A stretch of DNA of 63,921 nt, filler included, from Octopus bimaculoides (GCF_001194135.2; 5 parts of 5 records of this genome joined end to end with filler, not necessarily neighbours in it), one strand, 5' to 3'; shown: positions 50,926-62,453, counted from the whole stretch's first letter. A program made the numbers and translations. The notes: generated from the sequence alone by a model not told the origin.

Positions 50926-53765
50926 AACTGAAATCTTAATAGGAATACTACCATCATATAATTGATAACTTAGAAAACATTAAAAAAACATTAAAACTTA
51001 GTGTTCCCGAAAAATTACATGATGTCTTTATAAGTTTCAGAAGAGAAATATACAAAAACAAATCTTAATCAGAAGCAAAACAAAACAAATTGTAAATAAT
51101 CATAAAATCTCATTACAAATAAATCATAAAGAAAACGAAAAAATAGTAACCATAGATAATAAACAATAGAAAAAAAAATTCAGAAAACGACAGACACAAT
51201 ACGAAAATTGCTTAAAAATAGACTCGGCCAGACATTTTCTTCATTCAGTTACAAAGCACTTGCGGCACAAGCAAAAAATATTTTATTTTCATTTGGAGTA
51301 TTCATGTGTTGACAAAATTTAGTTACTTTTAAAGATCTTAGTCAATAAATGACACAGATGGAACAATATCATTTAAACAAATAACACATTTAATAAAGAT
51401 ATTAAATAAAAATACACACCTTTTACACCTTACAAATATGAAAGATATATACATGTATGCATGCACGAACACACATACACACACACACACATACTGACAA
51501 CACAAAACCCTGTACAGATACTACCAGTTCGGCCAATCTACCGCATCGTGGATTGGTACTATGTTGTGTCTACTGTCGTAAGCCGCTCGCTAATCACGAT
51601 GTTCCATCCTTTCTCTGTATTGTGTCATGTCTCTTGAAGTCCCACCTGTCTTATATTTTGTTCCTATAACCATCAACTTAGAATTATTCAACCTGATCTA
51701 TGTATATAAAATGCAAGTTCAAAATGCCGTGCTGTCTGGTCGAATCCAGAACCGAATGGTTGCGAATCAAACTTCCTAACACGCCTGCATTTTCCTACCA
51801 AAATAACAAGCATTTTCATTAAATATAGTAACTAATTAAAGAAAAATAATCTTTAAAAAATGAGTTTAGAAATCTAAATATTGCTGTCGTCGTTGTTGTT
51901 GATACAGCTTTTGCCTCAGGTGAGATCTGGACATGGTAGTCTATACTTGCAAAACTCCCATCCGTGACCATCTCGTTTATTTTTCAACAGCTGCAATGTA
52001 TTTATCACTACATCATATGATGTGTCATTTAATTAAGTCAGTAGGATATGATTTGAAGAGGATTTGCTTGCTATTTCTAAAACTTCAAACAACTACGTAA
52101 AGGCTTCGCTGTCTCGCCCAGAAGTGAATGTATATTAAACGTACATTAATAACTGACTACAATACTTTTATTTATTTCCCATTTTCTGCCTTGTGTTCTA
52201 ATCATTTAAATGGATTGCATTTATTTTTCATCAAACAATGTTCAACTCCACCACACATTGTTTTACTGTCCCATGATAACACAGATTATTTAACCTGGGG
52301 AGTTTGATTTTGTTATAACCATTCTAGCGGACAGCAGTACATTATCTTGTGTTTACTAAATTCCTGTCCAAAACATCAACAGTGCAGCAGCAGCAGCAGC
52401 AGCAGCAGCTCCTGCAGCAACATCAACAACAACAAACAATGGTTATTACCAAGCGCAACAACAACTACAACAACTTTGAATTTTGATGCTTCTGACTATC
52501 GTTCAGCCTTCTCGAAATCCATATTGGATTATCTTTTACAGACATTAAGGTAATCACGGATGATTGGCAGACAGGACCGAGAATAATACTCCATTGAAAT
52601 GCAACATCATTTATTCAAACTCTGCTATTTCCCTCAGGAGACTTCTGTCTTGCACTTGTTACATTTCAAACCGTCAGTGTAACACGCTGATATCTAATCT
52701 TTCGTCATGGATGTGAATTCTCTATGTTGAAATATAAATTCGAAATGATTCATAGAGGTTGTCGTCTACACGGCTTAGCTTTACAGTTGATGCATTTGTT
52801 AAAGTATTGCTGTCCACTTGTTCTATGAAAATCAGAATGACTTTATTCTCTCGTTACTGGGAAAGGTGGTTGCTAGCTACGTGAGGATGTGATAGACCTG
52901 TAAGTATGTGTTTAACGCTAGTTATATGAATACTAAAAGTAGAAGCGAAATGGGCGAGTGAGTAAGACATCGTTATCAAATCATGAAGCATAAGTTCAAA
53001 TTTGCTTCTGGTGTCTTCATTGCACCTTTGCTCATAACTATTATGCTATCAACCATTAACAACGGAGGGAGTCTCTACGTCTAAATATATTAAAAAGTAG
53101 TAGATAAATCTCCCTGAAAATAATTCCACACGTTTTAGTTCAACAAACTACAGAAATTAACACAAGGAAATACGTTAAGTGCGATGTAGTAGTGTCATTA
53201 TTATACTCTGATACATTCAGACTAGGAACTCATATTTGATGTTATAGTCAGACTAGGGACTTATCTTTGTTGTTTCGGATGGTACGCAAGCGTCATATCC
53301 AAGAAGAGCTTTGTTTGCAATCTGAATAATGTTAAAAAGGAATTAGTTCTATGGCGTAACTTTCTCAAGAAGTTCAAATACATTATATATAACAACTAGA
53401 GTTCTATATGTAACTGCATTGATATGTCGAAAAACAGCGAAGTTGAACATTTCACGAATCCCTTTTCTGTCGAAACTATACTTATGGGAGGTAAACTCAG
53501 ACATGAGAGTAAATAAAATGATGCTCGCCATTTATACGGTGCTCTCATTTTTTCTAACAGAGGACTATGCATATACAAGTGATACTATTTTGAAAGTAAA
53601 GATAAATTAGATTGAATCAAAAGCAGGAAATGTATTGATACCAATTCTAAAAGGTTAAAAAGTAAAATTTGCTCCAAATAGGATTTTAACTCACATCACA
53701 GGAAAACAAAAATAGAGTAATCTGATATGAAGCTGCTGCTCTACTTTGTCTACCATCAGAGAAAA

Positions 53766-53899
53766 CCAAGGCAGGACCAGTATCTCAAGTCATTTGAAAT
53801 AATTTAGCGTAATTTATAATTTAAAATTATCTAGGGTAAGGTGAAATTCACCTTACTCTAAATTATTATGAATGACTTGAGATACTTCTCCTGCCTTAG
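53766..53899. repeat. Palindromic fold-back element centred at 53846
   Basis: GTAAGGTGAA-A-TTCACCTTAC core; outer arms CCAAGGCAGGACCAGTATCTCAAGTCATT...TAATTTAG versus the reverse complement of the right arm, 36 of 42 identical. Confidence 0.85.
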
Positions 53900-54797
53900 C
53901 ATTTACTGTCCTTCTCGTCTAATATATACTTGCTAACACGAAAGCCTAATAGATCATCAGTGAACTAAACCCCCCATATTCTTNNNNNNNNNNNNNNNNN
54001 NNNNNNNNNNNNNNNNNNNNNNNNNNNNNNNNNNNNNNNNNNNNNNNNNNNNNNNNNNNNNNNNNNNNNNNNNNNNNNNNNNNNNNNNNNNNNNNNNNNN
54101 NNNNNNNNNNNNNNNNNNNNNNNNNNNNNNNNNNNNNNNNNNNNNNNNNNNNNNNNNNNNNNNNNNNNNNNNNNNNNNNNNNNNNNNNNNNNNNNNNNNN
54201 NNNNNNNNNNNNNNNNNNNNNNNNNNNNNNNNNNNNNNNNNNNNNNNNNNNNNNNNNNNNNNNNNNNNNNNNNNNNNNNNNNNNNNNNNNNNNNNNNNNN
54301 NNNNNNNNNNNNNNNNNNNNNNNNNNNNNNNNNNNNNNNNNNNNNNNNNNNNNNNNNNNNNNNNNNNNNNNNNNNNNNNNNNNNNNNNNNNNNNNNNNNN
54401 NNNNNNNNNNNNNNNNNNNNNNNNNNNNNNNNNNNNNNNNNNNNNNNNNNNNNNNNNNNNNNNNNNNNNNNNNNNNNNNNNNNNNNNNNNNNNNNNNNNN
54501 NNNNNNNNNNNNNNNNNNNNNNNNNNNNNNNNNNNNNNNNNNNNNNNNNNNNNNNNNNNNNNNNNNNNNNNNNNNNNNNNNNNNNNNNNNNNNNNNNNNN
54601 NNNNNNNNNNNNNNNNNNNNNNNNNNNNNNNNNNNNNNNNNNNNNNNNNNNNNNNNNNNNNNNNNNNNNNNNNNNNNNNNNNNNNNNNNNNNNNNNNNNN
54701 NNNNNNNNNNNNNNNNNNNNNNNNNNNNNNNNNNNNNNNNNNNNNNNNNNNNNNNNNNNNNNNNNNNNNNNNNNNNNNNNNNNNNNNNNNNNNNNNN

Positions 54798-55923
54798 ATG
54801 TGGGGTAGATGAGGCCCATTAGCCAAGTGAAGGCAACTCTTCTAGGAGAAGGACACTCCGACATAAAACCAGGTCCATGACTTCTGTGGGAGCAGACTGG
54901 GCTCTTTTTTTTTTTTTATGAGGTCGTGGTTAGGACAACCAGTATAGGAGAATAAAACTCCGAATTCAAATTGATCTACCACTGCTGGCTTGCAGTCTCC
55001 TTTTGAGGAAAAGCCTAGGAGAGGATACTCTGATATAAAACCTGCAGTCAACTTAGTACTAGTCATCTTGCTCTCGCTTGTCACTGGATTATACTATTTT
55101 GACCTAGAGAGTGGCAAAGGTGTTGTACAAGCGTTTGTCCCTAAAATCCAATGAAGTACAGATGTCCCCAAAACACTGTCAAATCACAGTCATCTTAGTA
55201 TGACCCGAGAAAAAATTAGGGAAAAGAAAGAGAGAGAGGGGAGAGGGAAGGATGGATGGGGGGAGGAAGGAACAAGGAGTGAGAAGGGCAAGAGAGGAGA
55301 GGAAGAAAGAAGAAAGGAGGAGAGAAAAGTCCTGTGGCGATGGAGGAGTGGTGACGTATACAGACTTGACCGGTTGGAAGCATACAGTTACAAATCTGCA
55401 CATAAGGCGGCAGGGTTCTTATCTTAACATCGCTAACATGTCTTCATGGACAGGGGCTGTTTTCCATGGAGAATCCTGTGTCTGAGCAGCCCTTTTAAGG
55501 AGAACACTGCTCACCAGGATAACCTGGGAAGTTGCTAGAAAAGGTGCATTAAAAATTGTCTGTCCGCACTCTGCTGGTTAGCTTACTGCGGCTAACGGTG
55601 GTTCAATACAGCAGGAACGAACGAAGAAATATAAGCAATAATAAAAAGTATGCGAGGAAAAAGGTTTTACTTAACTTGGCATGCTGGAATGTGAGAACTC
55701 TCTTGGATCGAGCGGATAGGCCTGAAAGAAGAACAGCTCTAGTAACTAAGGAGCCGAGACGTCTTAATGTTGATATTGCAGCTCTATCTGAAACAAGATG
55801 TTCAGGTGAAGATCATCTTGTTGAAAGAGCAACCGGCTTCACAGTGTTCTGGGTTGGGAGGCCAAAGGGAGAGAAAAGGGAGGGTGGTGTTGGGTTTGCA
55901 ATTAGAAGTAATTTACTGAAAGA
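54798..55923 (+). mobile_element. 5' end of an RTE/BovB-clade LINE: leader plus N-terminal apurinic endonuclease, truncated by a gap
   Basis: Open frame 55553-55923: LACWNVRTLLD...ERRTALV...NVDIAALSETR...G...TVFW.G.P...REGGVGFAIRS, the classic RTE APE motifs. Confidence 0.9.
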
Positions 55924-56023
55924 NNNNNNNNNNNNNNNNNNNNNNNNNNNNNNNNNNNNNNNNNNNNTTAATTAATTAANNNNNNNNNNNNNNNNNNNNN
56001 NNNNNNNNNNNNNNNNNNNNNNN

Positions 56024-56213
56024 TTTTTTGTCAGGGCTGCAGGTGCAACATCGGCGAGATCGCTTGCGGGGGCCTCAACTGGAACAGCGGCAGCATTTTT
56101 TGCGAGGGCTGCAGGTGCAACATCGGCGAGATCGCTTGCGGGGGCCTCAACTGGAACAGCGGCAGCATTTTTTGTCAGGGCTGAAGGTGCAACATCGACA
56201 GGTTTAGCTTGCA
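56024..56213 (-). CDS. Exon 3 (partial) of a putative secreted Ala/Pro/Val-rich 24-aa-repeat protein
   Basis: Acceptor TATATTTCAG|TG at 56214/56213 is phase-1 compatible with exon 2. Reads (V)QAKPV-DVAPSALTKNAAAVPVEAPASDLA-DVAPAALAKNAAAVPVEAPASDLA-DVAPAALTK. 72-bp repeat period; GC-rich relative to flanks; open into the gap. Confidence 0.8.
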
Positions 56214-56879
56214 CTGAAATATATAATATAGTGGTAATTATGAGACATATTTTTGTGTTTTGCATAAAGTCACAGATATTTTCAAAATTGGTTAGTACAA
56301 CAAAACTGTCAGAAGAGACATGTGGTTTATTGAAAGTAATTATAAATTTCCCAGAATTTTTAACTGATTAAGATGTTTTGAGTTTAATGCAAAACTACTA
56401 GATTTTTGTGGAAAAATTGCGTTTTTGCGAGAAAGAAATGCTTTCTAATATGCTTAAAGATAACTATTATTTGCTGTATGTATTAATAGTTTATTTTGCA
56501 ATTTCATTGAATAAATTTTTAGATCTAATTCTAGCTTAGTAAATGAGATCATATGATTAAATAAATGTAAATACTGTTTCATTACATTTGAAACTATTAT
56601 TAAACATATCGTCTAAAGTAATTTGGATGGTGAGTGAGAAACGGAGTGTCGGATGGTAAATTGCCCACGAAAATGGTCATATTTAGAAACCAGAATGTTC
56701 AGAAGAAACCGACACATATAAACATCTAAACTACAGTACGTATAGTGAAAAAGCAATGATAAAAGCTGTGATGAACAATCAAACTATATTTCGCGACTTT
56801 ACCTATAACAGTTCTGGCAATTCTGAACATTGCCTCCGGAAGCACAATGATTTGATTTCACTTACATCATTATAAAACG

Positions 56880-58030
56880 TGAGACAATAGAATTTCCCAT
56901 CTCTTGACTTACCTACACTGACAATGCAGTATTCTTCAAAATGCCACCCACAACTGTTTATGTGTATTCTCGTGATTTATTTATTGACATAGCAAAGCTT
57001 AGATGTTCTGGTGGAAACTGAAGTTTTCTAAATCGAAATACATCAGTTTGTTTGAGTGGAATGCTGAGCATAATTTGTCTCATCTTTAGGGCATCCAGCA
57101 ATATTGACAGTCGGATACAATGTAGTATAAACTTCTTAACCATTAATCTGGTGCCAATGTATGAGTGCAGTTGATCTAAATTAGATAGCGCCATTGTTGG
57201 AGATCTTTTAGCAGAAGTCTATGCAACTGTAAATCTCAAGCTTCCAATGAGTTTTAGAATTCTACTGCACAGTGAGTTATTTGTTCCTGATGTGCAATAA
57301 TGTCTATTGATTTACAGATACGATTATTTTCTAAAAGCTTCTATAAACGTGGCCAGTTGATGTCATTGATCAAAATTTATTTTCCCCTGCTCAGCCACTA
57401 ATGTGTTAGATAATGAGTTACTGCCTTTAGAGAGACTGGATCTATGACGTCATTACTGATTGTAGAAGATTTTCTTTCTCCAACTGTAAATAAATATTTA
57501 ACAAATAACCAGATAGTTGATCTTCAAAAGATTGGCTCTCATGTTAGGAGACAACTTGAAGCACAGGCGATTAGCGGGAGCACAGAATATTGATCTTAGT
57601 TAAGTTGAGGAAGTCCTATTTTTTCACTTCTTGGCCATTATATATCTTTAAGCTTGTCGATAAGAGTTGCATGGTAGATTTCCTCTGTATTGTCTACTTC
57701 CACATTCGAGTACATCTACTGAGTTTGATGTTTGAAATCTTCGGCAAGGTCATCACTTATTAGAGTTAAAGCCGAGGCAAACTACATGGTTCACAGCGTT
57801 TCAACGGCATCGTGAAAAGAAACCCAAGATTCTTAGCTGCTTGATATATAAAAGTGTTTAACTATGCAGCATCATCTTGGAAAACATTTACCAGAAATCT
57901 CTGCAATGGCTCTCTGTAAATGTATACTCCGCCATTGACTATTCGAACGATGTATATTAGAGCGAAATTGGAGACAGAAACATTCCTGAGGAGTACAATA
58001 TACACTCTTCTGATGGCACTCTCAAAATTT
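56880..58030 (-). mobile_element. Helitron RepHel remnant (linker plus Pif1 helicase), heavily decayed, in intron 2 of the repeat-protein gene
   Basis: Minus frames: IRRVYIVLLRNV...RIVNG...FQDD...LFTMPLKRCEP...IGLP; WLSRGK*IL...CKSID...AVEF*NSLE; GTRL.V...IPL...FRKLQFP...LSFAMSINKS. Confidence 0.75.
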
Positions 58031-58214
58031 ATATCAAATTGGCCACTAACAGGAGCATGTTGCTTTCTTCATCTCCGTTGCTTTCTTCGTGTAAAGTAGG
58101 ATGGGACCTGATGATACAGCAACATTTTTGCGAAGGGATCATATTGAGCCAGCTTTAAAAATACTGCAAGTGTTGTGCCCCTTGGAGTTTGTGCTTGCTG
58201 TTCAGTAGTTGCTA

Positions 58215-58368
58215 AAATGACCCCAGTGTTTGACCGACACTATATTTTATCGACCCCAGAAGGTTAACATCAGTGATATTTTAACTCCGAATGCAAAGTA
58301 CCGGAATAAATACTGCAAAAAATTTTATCGGATGTTCTAACGATTCTGTCAGTCCACTGAAAATCAGT
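58215..58368 (-). mobile_element. SINE family B, degraded
   Basis: TATTTTATCGACCCCAGAAGG...CTAACGATTCTGTCAG is the reverse complement of family B. Confidence 0.65.
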
Positions 58369-58652
58369 GACATTATAACATGGTAGTTCTTTAATTGTAT
58401 GGACACTACTTCGTCGGATTTAATGTTTTAAATAACATTTTAAATAACAATCTTTTGACGTATCTGTGTTATGAGTTCGCATCATGCGGAAGACGATAAA
58501 CTAAACTAAAACCAGAAACACGAAGTAGATTCGATCGCCTATGTCCACCTTACAACACAATACTGATTTACTGCTTATGTAAGAGTTCTGATTTATTTCA
58601 TGAAATTCCAATAAAATCTATAAAATCTAGAGAAAGGTGTATTGGTACTTAC

Positions 58653-58704
58653 CAATTGCAATTATGGAAAGAATGGAAACAAGCAGAGACATATTAGGAG
58701 CCAT
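58653..58704 (-). CDS. Exon 2 coding part: start codon and signal peptide MAPNMSLLVSILSIIAI (exon 58714-58653)
   Basis: Acceptor TTGTTTGTTTTTTTTCGGCAG|G, Kozak-like AGAAATGG (A at -3, G at +4), hydrophobic core, donor G|GTAAGT (phase 1). Splicing to 56213 gives ...IIAIVQA|KP. Confidence 0.8.
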
Positions 58705-59252
58705 TTCTAGTTGCCTGCCGAAAAAAAACAAACAATGATATACATACATGTGTGTGTAAGTGAGTGAGTGAATGAGTGAGTGAGTGAGTGTAGAAGTAAT
58801 GTTTATCGCCACTTCATCATAGCTGTTCCATGTTTAACCCCAGGAGGAGGCCTCTTCCAGCTGGCTATCGATGCAATCTGCACCCGATATGTATTGCAAG
58901 CAGAGGACCGAACTCCTACTATCTTCTACTGACAACCACAGGACTGCCAGACCGTCCTGTTTCGAGCTATTTGTGCTCATCCTCAGTGGTGGACACCAGT
59001 CCGCCAGAGAGAGTAGTAGTTCGTTCCAGCTGGCAATATATAGAAAAATAAGTGACAACCAGCAACTGATCTTGCAACAAACAAAATAGCAAGGTAGAAA
59101 ATCTCTATAAGATATGAAAGTAGTAAATATACTGAGAAGTAAGGTTTATCAGCAGGGGACGTAAATGCACCTGCATCGGTTGTCAAGCGATGTTGGGTAG
59201 GAACAAACATAGACAGACATATTCACACACATACACTTATATGTATATACAT

Positions 59253-59291
<39 letters not shown>

Positions 59292-60449
59292 NNNNNNNNN
59301 NNNNNNNNNNNNNNNNNNNNNNNNNNNNNNNNNNNNNNNNNNNNNNNNNNNNNNNNNNNNNNNNNNNNNNNNNNNNNNNNNNNNNNNNNNNNNNNNNNNN
59401 NNNNNNNNNNNNNNNNNNNNNNNNNNNNNNNNNNNNNNNNNNNNNNNNNNNNNNNNNNNNNNNNNNNNNNNNNNNNNNNNNNNNNNNNNNNNNNNNNNNN
59501 NNNNNNNNNNNNNNNNNNNNNNNNNNNNNNNNNNNNNNNNNNNNNNNNNNNNNNNNNNNNNNNNNNNNNNNNNNNNNNNNNNNNNNNNNNNNNNNNNNNN
59601 NNNNNNNNNNNNNNNNNNNNNNNNNNNNNNNNNNNNNNNNNNNNNNNNNNNNNNNNNNNNNNNNNNNNNNNNNNNNNNNNNNNNNNNNNNNNNNNNNNNN
59701 NNNNNNNNNNNNNNNNNNNNNNNNNNNNNNNNNNNNNNNNNNNNNNNNNNNNNNNNNNNNNNNNNNNNNNNNNNNNNNNNNNNNNNNNNNNNNNNNNNNN
59801 NNNNNNNNNNNNNNNNNNNNNNNNNNNNNNNNNNNNNNNNNNNNNNNNNNNNNNNNNNNNNNNNNNNNNNNNNNNNNNNNNNNNNNNNNNNNNNNNNNNN
59901 NNNNNNNNNNNNNNNNNNNNNNNNNNNNNNNNNNNNNNNNNNNNNNNNNNNNNNNNNNNNNNNNNNNNNNNNNNNNNNNNNNNNNNNNNNNNNNNNNNNN
60001 NNNNNNNNNNNNNNNNNNNNNNNNNNNNNNNNNNATATATATACGTGTGTGTGTGTGTGGATCATATTTCTTTCAAACAGACACACACACACACATACAC
60101 ACACATCTGTTTTGTCTGAGATGCCAACAAGTTTGTTGTCACAGATTGTTTTAAATGAAATTAAATTAAATTAAATTAAATTCCTCAACTTTGTCCCATA
60201 TACTTATCGAATTGGTCGAGTGCGATTGTTACGAATAGGACTGCGGGTCGTTAAATTCACCTTTGATCGTATCAGTTTTTAGTCAGATCAACACTCCCCA
60301 ATGGAGAAAGACCATGTTACTTGGACATCTTCTCTCATGCAAGACCTCACGATTATATAATCAATGAGGTGATAATGGTTGGATCAGGGATGCTTCCATA
60401 TAGTTTTGTGGTGGTTGGAGAGTTGGAAAATAGCATTAGTAATCAAAAT

Positions 60450-61337
60450 TCCATATTCATTGCTAAGCGATTGTTGCAGATGGCCGTTTGAGTTTACCTT
60501 GCCAACCCCATGATTCCTTAATTACGTCACCCAACATGTAGTAAAATTTGAGTGCAGAACCAGTGGTGACTTGTTCAACGAACAGCGCTTCAAAGAAAAA
60601 ACTAAGACTTTGATACAAAACAGTTCGATATTTGCTCTTCGTAGACGATTGTGCACTTGTAGCACACACGTTTGAAGACTAGCGATGGATTCTAACCAAC
60701 AACTCGCGTGCATCGAAGGCTTTCCGTTTGACCATAAGCATCAAGGAAACTGAGTTTGTCCATCAGACCATTCATTACCATCCTCCCTCTGTTGCCCCTA
60801 CTGTGTGTATGGATGGGATAGCGTTAAAATCTTTCCGCCTTCACTTGTCTTGGTTCCATTATGTTCAGTGATACTAAGATAGATAAAGAAATTGAGTCAA
60901 AAATCGAAAAGGCTTAGTTCCACTTTCGGCAAGCTTTATCACAGGCTTTGGAACAGCCCCGACGTATCATTAAAGATGAAAGTCGGTGTGGTATAAGTCG
61001 GCGGTTTTGACATCATTGCTTTACAGTGTTGAATCTTGGACCCAGTACCGAAAGCACATCAACTTGCTTGGCGCTTTTCATACGTGATGCTTGCGTACCG
61101 AGTGACCATATTCGCAACAGTCACCATATTCGTAAGAGTGAGGTAATAACAAAATGCAATATATCAGGTATTGAAGCCAACCTCATCAAAATACAGCTTA
61201 GGTGGTCAGGTTATCTTTCATGTATGAGTGATGTCGGAATTTCAAAGCAACTTCTCTTTGGCCAATTCCTAACAGGTAAGTCAGTTGGAGGGCTACTCTT
61301 GCGTTTCAAAGACATGCTAAAAGTAAATCTAAAGTGA
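60450..61337 (+). mobile_element. RTE/BovB-clade LINE RT and C-terminal fragment, antisense within intron 1
   Basis: GDLFN..RF...LLFVDDCALVAH...AFRLTISIKET...IDKEI...ESWTQYRKHI...IKIQLRWSG...KQLLFG...RFKDMLK; several frameshifts. Confidence 0.85.
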
Positions 61338-61669
61338 TACAATATTCCCTTTTCTCGCAGCGTCGTCTATCCAGACTATAAGATGCAAACATTTCGGAGT
61401 AGTTACCTGCTTTTCAGTCAATGAAACCGGGCGGTGGATCAGTGAGCTGATAAGAGAGACAATCTCTCTTCTGTTTTTCCACTCAACATACGTCGGCTGG
61501 TAGCGCAAATCGACGACTCATCGTAATTAAATAACGGGTGATTGCGCTAAACGGTGATAAGTAAAAATGCAATGTTAATATACCAGTTCGAATTTGCTAA
61601 GAGCACTTCAGACTTGTAAATAAGTCATTCGCCGTGTTTTATCGTGGAGAAAATTTCTCGCTATAAGCG

Positions 61670-61703
<34 letters not shown>

Positions 61704-62337
61704 GTTATGCTGACACAGTGACCTACTACCCGGAGTTTCTCCGATATGTTGCTATTTCCCAGACAGAAATAAACTACACTGCATATTTATGTTCACAAGT
61801 CGTAATATTACTTTTACTCTTTGCAGCATTATCATTATTGTTACACAACTACCTGTTGCATCAATCTCGTATTTTTTAAAAGCGTGATCTCGTACTTTCT
61901 CACGGTTGCTAAAACGTCAAGTGTAAAGTGTTGCACGTTACGATTGCGTCATGTGATTCAATTAATCATTATTGTTACTTGCTTTTTAGTATTCTAACTT
62001 TTTAATAAATAAATTAATTGAAGTAGAGCCTCATAAATTTCGATGTGAAGGTCTTTAGCAAAGTTTCCAATTAGCGCTTATCAAATATTAATTTAAAATA
62101 GCATTTTTACCATTTATAACATAAGTACAGAGTCACAAATCTATTGTAGGGGTTTAAAGCAGTCGATTATGCATTGTACTCGATATTTTGTTAGTAGCTT
62201 AGTTTCTTGATCCTAAACAGTTTCATAATAAATTCACAAAACAGTTGTACGAGAAACACTTTGATGGACTTTGTCCGATGCTCTGTCAAGTCTACCGTCT
62301 AGCTCCTTTTTACCAAAATATAAAAAAGAAAACTTAC

Positions 62338-62422
62338 CTATTTATTCACTGACAGATTAACGTGGAAAATACTGATGCGATGTTGGTGCGGTGTTTCTGG
62401 CGAAGAACAGAAAACGCTGACT
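62338..62422 (-). other. Putative non-coding first exon (85 nt) of the repeat-protein gene
   Basis: Starts at the A of a TCAGT initiator, contains no ATG, and ends in the consensus donor AG|GTAAGT (62338/62337). Confidence 0.6.
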
Positions 62423-62453
62423 GATTTTGTGAAGGAACTCTCCTGTATTTATA
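62420..62453 (-). promoter_or_regulatory. TATA box plus initiator core promoter
   Basis: Minus strand TATAAATA at 62453-62446; its first T is exactly 31 nt upstream of the A in TCAGT (62422). Confidence 0.65.

Noticed and set aside
52327-52486. PolyQ- or polyA-encoding frame after a TAG acceptor
   Set aside because: (CAG)/(CAA) runs are common in this window, the frame is short, and the splice context is weak.
55972-56265. Track ORF starting MQNTKICL as the primary gene model
   Set aside because: The spliced model has a stronger Kozak context, consensus splice sites and a promoter; the ORF's stop is the artificial linker. It is kept only as a possible alternative isoform.
55556-61337. Idea that the RTE endonuclease (55.6 kb) and RT (60.5 kb) pieces are one element enclosing the secreted-protein exons
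   Set aside because: They differ greatly in decay, an unsized gap separates them, and the RT piece is more simply an independent intronic insertion.
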